Shown here: positions 61,073-64,000 of the stretch, piece by piece | How the letters are laid out: every line of letters starts with the position of its first letter | Numbering within the stretch: the first letter of the stretch is position 1 | Assembly: GCA_044221725.1 (NCBI GenBank) | Contig: JBGAON010000003.1 | Location: 224,001-288,000, forward strand | Direction: 5' to 3' | DNA from: Elusimicrobiota bacterium | GTDB lineage: Bacteria > Elusimicrobiota > Elusimicrobia > F11 | Length of the DNA: 64,000 nucleotides | Translations under genes and position numbers: made by a program | Notes under the pieces: model-generated | What the model saw: the letters and a program-made list of their open reading frames with translations, nothing else | What the model was told of the DNA's origin: nothing | Databases searched by the model: none

Positions 61073-62475
61073 CCGAAAGATTTTCGATTGCCGCGCTGGT
61101 GCTCGCTTTTCAGCTCGCCTCGTCGGTCTCGTTCGCGGCGCCGCCGGCGGTGAAGGTGCCGCCGGTTGATTTTAAGCCGGCGCAGGTTGAACGGCTTATG
61201 TTGTCGAATGGCGTTGTGGTCTATCTCAAAGAAGATCACGAATTGCCGACGTTCGATATGACCATGCGCATGAAGACAAGCCCTGCGGACACTCCGGAAT
61301 GGGACGCGTTTGGTTTTCTTGGCACCGTGTGGCGGGCGGGCGGAACAAAAACACGAAAACCGGAAGCGCTCAACGAAGAATTGGAACGCCGCGCCATTTC
61401 GATTGAAACAGGCGTCGACGAGGAAAGCGCCACGGTTTCGTTGTCCTGTCTCTCGAAGAATATTGGAGAAGGAATCGATGTGTTTTCGGACGTGCTGTTC
61501 AATCCAGCGCTCGACGAAACTCAGTTGGTTATTGCGAAAGGAAAAGCGCTCGAAGGAATTCGCCGCAAAAACGACACGCCGGCCCAAATTTCGCGACGGG
61601 CGTTTCGTGATGTCACTTACGGAAAAAGCCACATCTATGCTTACGAACCGACCGAAAAGTCTGTCGCGCGCGTGACACGAAAAACGTTGGCCGACTTGCA
61701 CCGCAAAATTTTGTCGCCCGAACAGGCCATGATCTGCGTGTCGGGCGATTTCAATAAGACGGATCTGTTGGCGCAGCTCGAGCAATATTTCTCGAGCTGG
61801 ACCGCCACGGGCCGCTCGGTGTTGCCGTACGATTACTCGGTTAAGAACGCATCGCCCAGTCGCATCTTCGTCGTTGATAAAGATTTTAACCAGTCGCGTG
61901 TCACGGTGGCGCGTGTTGGCGTGGCCCGTCACACGCCGGATCATTTTGCACTCGAACTCGGAGATTACATTCTCGGCGGAGGCGGCCCTTCGCGTTTGTT
62001 TGGAGAAGTGAGGTCACGCTTGGGGCTCGCGTATGTGGTGGGGAGCTTCGTGCAGGAACCGGCAGGGCCTGGACTTCTTGGTGTGGTTTGCCAGACCAAA
62101 TCCGCATCCACGGTGAAAGCAATTGAGGCGATCAATGCGGAGTTAACGAAGTTTTCGACCACGCTCGTGACGCCGGACGAATTGCGTTTGGCCAAAGACG
62201 CGTCGATTAACTCTTATGTGTTTGGTTTTGATTCGCCGTGGGATCTCGTCAATGCGCGTGCGTCAAACGAATTTTTTGGTTTTCCGCCCGACTATCCGGA
62301 CACCTACACGGAACGCCTCGATTCAATCGGTCGCGAAGATATTCAGCGCGTCGGAAAAAAATATTACGGGCCTGCAAATATGAAGATTTTGGTGGTGGGA
62401 AACGAAAAGAATTTCGATGCGCCGCTGGATTCTTTAGGGAATGTCGTTCACATCCCAATTTCGGAGATTGAGTAA
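61069..62475 (+). CDS. M16 family peptidase, non-catalytic partner subunit
   Basis: Has LSNGVVVYLKEDHELP and ILGGGGPSRLFGEVRSRLGLAY (R/Y pair) but no HxxEH. Overlaps the upstream M16 gene. Confidence 0.92.
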   Translation: MTERFSIAALVLAFQLASSVSFAAPPAVKVPPVDFKPAQVERLMLSNGVVVYLKEDHELPTFDMTMRMKTSPADTPEWDAFGFLGTVWRAGGTKTRKPEALNEELERRAISIETGVDEESATVSLSCLSKNIGEGIDVFSDVLFNPALDETQLVIAKGKALEGIRRKNDTPAQISRRAFRDVTYGKSHIYAYEPTEKSVARVTRKTLADLHRKILSPEQAMICVSGDFNKTDLLAQLEQYFSSWTATGRSVLPYDYSVKNASPSRIFVVDKDFNQSRVTVARVGVARHTPDHFALELGDYILGGGGPSRLFGEVRSRLGLAYVVGSFVQEPAGPGLLGVVCQTKSASTVKAIEAINAELTKFSTTLVTPDELRLAKDASINSYVFGFDSPWDLVNARASNEFFGFPPDYPDTYTERLDSIGREDIQRVGKKYYGPANMKILVVGNEKNFDAPLDSLGNVVHIPISEIE

Positions 62476-63129
62476 TTAGGAAATTTTTGAGCGGACGATA
62501 AAGCCAACAACACCAGCGGCGCTCATGACCATTCCTGTCCGCGCCATGCTGGACACTTGTTCCTTCGAAATTTTCCCTGCTTTTAAGAGGGCCGGAGAAG
62601 CGATCAACGTGCCGAGTCCCAAAAAAAGACAGATGAGCGAGGCAATCAGAAAAATTTTTCGTAGCGGGCTCGCGCCGCTGTCACCGACGCTTACGCCTTG
62701 CGGCATCATCGCCATCGAGAGCGTTATGATATTTTTGTTGCATTGCTGCAGCAGCGCGTTGTCCGGATTGTTTTTTGCGAGCGTGGCGTATTCCGCGTGA
62801 AGTTCGTCGAGAAGTCCCATCTGTTGGCCCACCATGATGTACTGGTTGTGGGCTGTTTCGTTTGTTCGGTCAAGCCGCGCCGCTTTGCGGAAGGCTTCGA
62901 GCGCGTAGCGAAGAAACGTGCGATCTGTTTTCGCTTTGACCCGGCACTGAAAACCAATTTCAAGCTGCGAATTAAAATGATTGGGGTCGAGAATGACGGC
63001 GCGCCGAAATTCCGTCAGCGCAGCGTCGGGTTGGCCATTGGCTTTTAATTCCATGCCGGACTTGTAATGCTTGTCGGCTTCAGAATTGGATGGTGGCTGC
63101 ATCGGTTCGGGTTTTGATTGCTCGTCCAT
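62476..63129 (-). CDS. TPR protein with two C-terminal transmembrane helices
   Basis: TPR HYKSGMELKANGQPDAALTEFRRAVILDPNH; hydrophobic segments IFLIASLICLFLGLGTLIA and GMVMSAAGVVGFIV. Confidence 0.75.
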   Translation of the reverse strand: MDEQSKPEPMQPPSNSEADKHYKSGMELKANGQPDAALTEFRRAVILDPNHFNSQLEIGFQCRVKAKTDRTFLRYALEAFRKAARLDRTNETAHNQYIMVGQQMGLLDELHAEYATLAKNNPDNALLQQCNKNIITLSMAMMPQGVSVGDSGASPLRKIFLIASLICLFLGLGTLIASPALLKAGKISKEQVSSMARTGMVMSAAGVVGFIVRSKIS

Positions 63130-63156
63130 CTTTTGTAATTCTGAAGGAAACTCAAC

Positions 63157-63639
63157 ATGAAGTCAAGAACTGATCTCCATATTGTGCTCGTTGAACCCGA
63201 AATTCCTCAGAACACCGGGAACATTGGGCGGACCTGCGTTGGTTTGGACGCTACGCTGCACCTTGTCGGTAAAATTGGTTTCTCGCTCGCTGACAAAGAC
63301 TTGAAACGAGCGGGATTGGATTATTGGCCAAAACTGAAAATCGAACGGCATCTGGCCTGGGAGGAGTTTCTCGCGCGGCGCAACCTTGAGAGTCAAATGG
63401 TTTTCTTCTCAACGCACGGGAAAAAATCTCTCTGGGACATTAAAATTCAATCGCCCTGTTATCTGGTTTTTGGTTCCGAGTCGCGTGGCTTTCCGCCGTC
63501 GTTCTATGAGCGTTACGCGGACGATCTCGTGCGAATCCCAATCAATGGCGAAATCCGGTCGTTGAACCTTTCCACGTCCGCCGGCGTCGCCGCGTTCGAG
63601 GCGATGCGCCAAATACTCAGTTATAATCGCGCCCCATGA
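63157..63639 (+). CDS. trmL: tRNA (cytidine/uridine(34)-2'-O)-methyltransferase TrmL (SPOUT)
   Basis: Contains IVLVEPEIPQNTGNIGRTC, LKRAGLDYW, LVFGSESRG and RSLNLS. Confidence 0.95.
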   Translation: MKSRTDLHIVLVEPEIPQNTGNIGRTCVGLDATLHLVGKIGFSLADKDLKRAGLDYWPKLKIERHLAWEEFLARRNLESQMVFFSTHGKKSLWDIKIQSPCYLVFGSESRGFPPSFYERYADDLVRIPINGEIRSLNLSTSAGVAAFEAMRQILSYNRAP

Positions 63640-64000
63640 TCGAATCACTGCTGGCTGAACTTCCAAAAAAATTCTCAAACGCGACCGTGCCCGCTAACGT
63701 TCGGGCGGAAGCAAAAAAGCGCGTCCTGGATACGCTGGGCTGTTTTTACGGGGCTTACGGGGAGAAGCCCGGCCGTGTGTTGCGCGCGGCGCTGCTCGAG
63801 AATGTCGAAGGAGACGTAGCGTTGTGGGGAACGCCCCGCACGGTGCCCGCTGAGCTAGCGGTGTGGGCAAACGGTACGTGCGTCCGAACGCTTGACTACA
63901 ACGATACCTATCTTTCCAAAGAACCCTGCCATCCAAGCGATTTGATTGCGGCGCTGTGGGCCGCGTGTGAACTTTCCGGCCGAAAGAATCAAGGGAGGTT
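63636..64000 (+). CDS. prpD: MmgE/PrpD family protein (2-methylcitrate dehydratase-like), 3'-truncated
   Basis: Not in the ORF track. The ATG overlaps the trmL stop and translates to MIESLLAELP...EAKKRVLDTLGC...WANGTCVRTLDYNDTYLSKEPCHPSD, the PrpD signature. Confidence 0.9.
   Translation, partial: MIESLLAELPKKFSNATVPANVRAEAKKRVLDTLGCFYGAYGEKPGRVLRAALLENVEGDVALWGTPRTVPAELAVWANGTCVRTLDYNDTYLSKEPCHPSDLIAALWAACELSGRKNQGR

Noticed and set aside
58378..64000. sixA-sseB-M16-M16-trmL-prpD as part of the giant-protein system
   Set aside because: These are common housekeeping genes with no shared promoter motif; only adjacency links them.

Overview
Bacterial window, probably Elusimicrobiota or a related diderm lineage (inferred from the style of the C-terminal sorting domains and the PorV-like barrel). 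About 58 kb is one envelope/secretion locus. It starts with a 5'-truncated giant surface protein of at least 6000 aa (<1..18003; FG-GAP propellers, many FN3/Ig repeats, T9SS-type C-terminal domain). Next come a stand-alone signal-peptide+CTD mini-protein and an antisense AbrB-Doc toxin-antitoxin pair. A tightly coupled operon follows: PorV-like barrel-TPR fusion, TPR protein, AMIN-TolC fusion, RND-1, unknown lipoprotein, RND-2, with no membrane-fusion adaptor. Then comes an 8369-aa giant protein (32705..57814) with a signal-like N-terminus, clusters of hydrophobic helices, two HEVFH zincin motifs, an internal signal-peptide-like segment and an embedded, divergent SecA-like ATPase with its motifs in order. 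The operon and the second giant gene share a promoter layout (11-bp-period TTAA repeats, then TTAAT-N10-[-10 box]), which suggests co-regulation by a PhoB/OmpR-type activator. A ParE-type TA pair closes the locus. The rest is ordinary housekeeping: sixA, sseB, an M16 peptidase pair, a TPR membrane protein, trmL and a partial prpD. I saw no rRNA, tRNA, CRISPR array or transposase. All domain calls come from motif recognition by eye; no searches were run.
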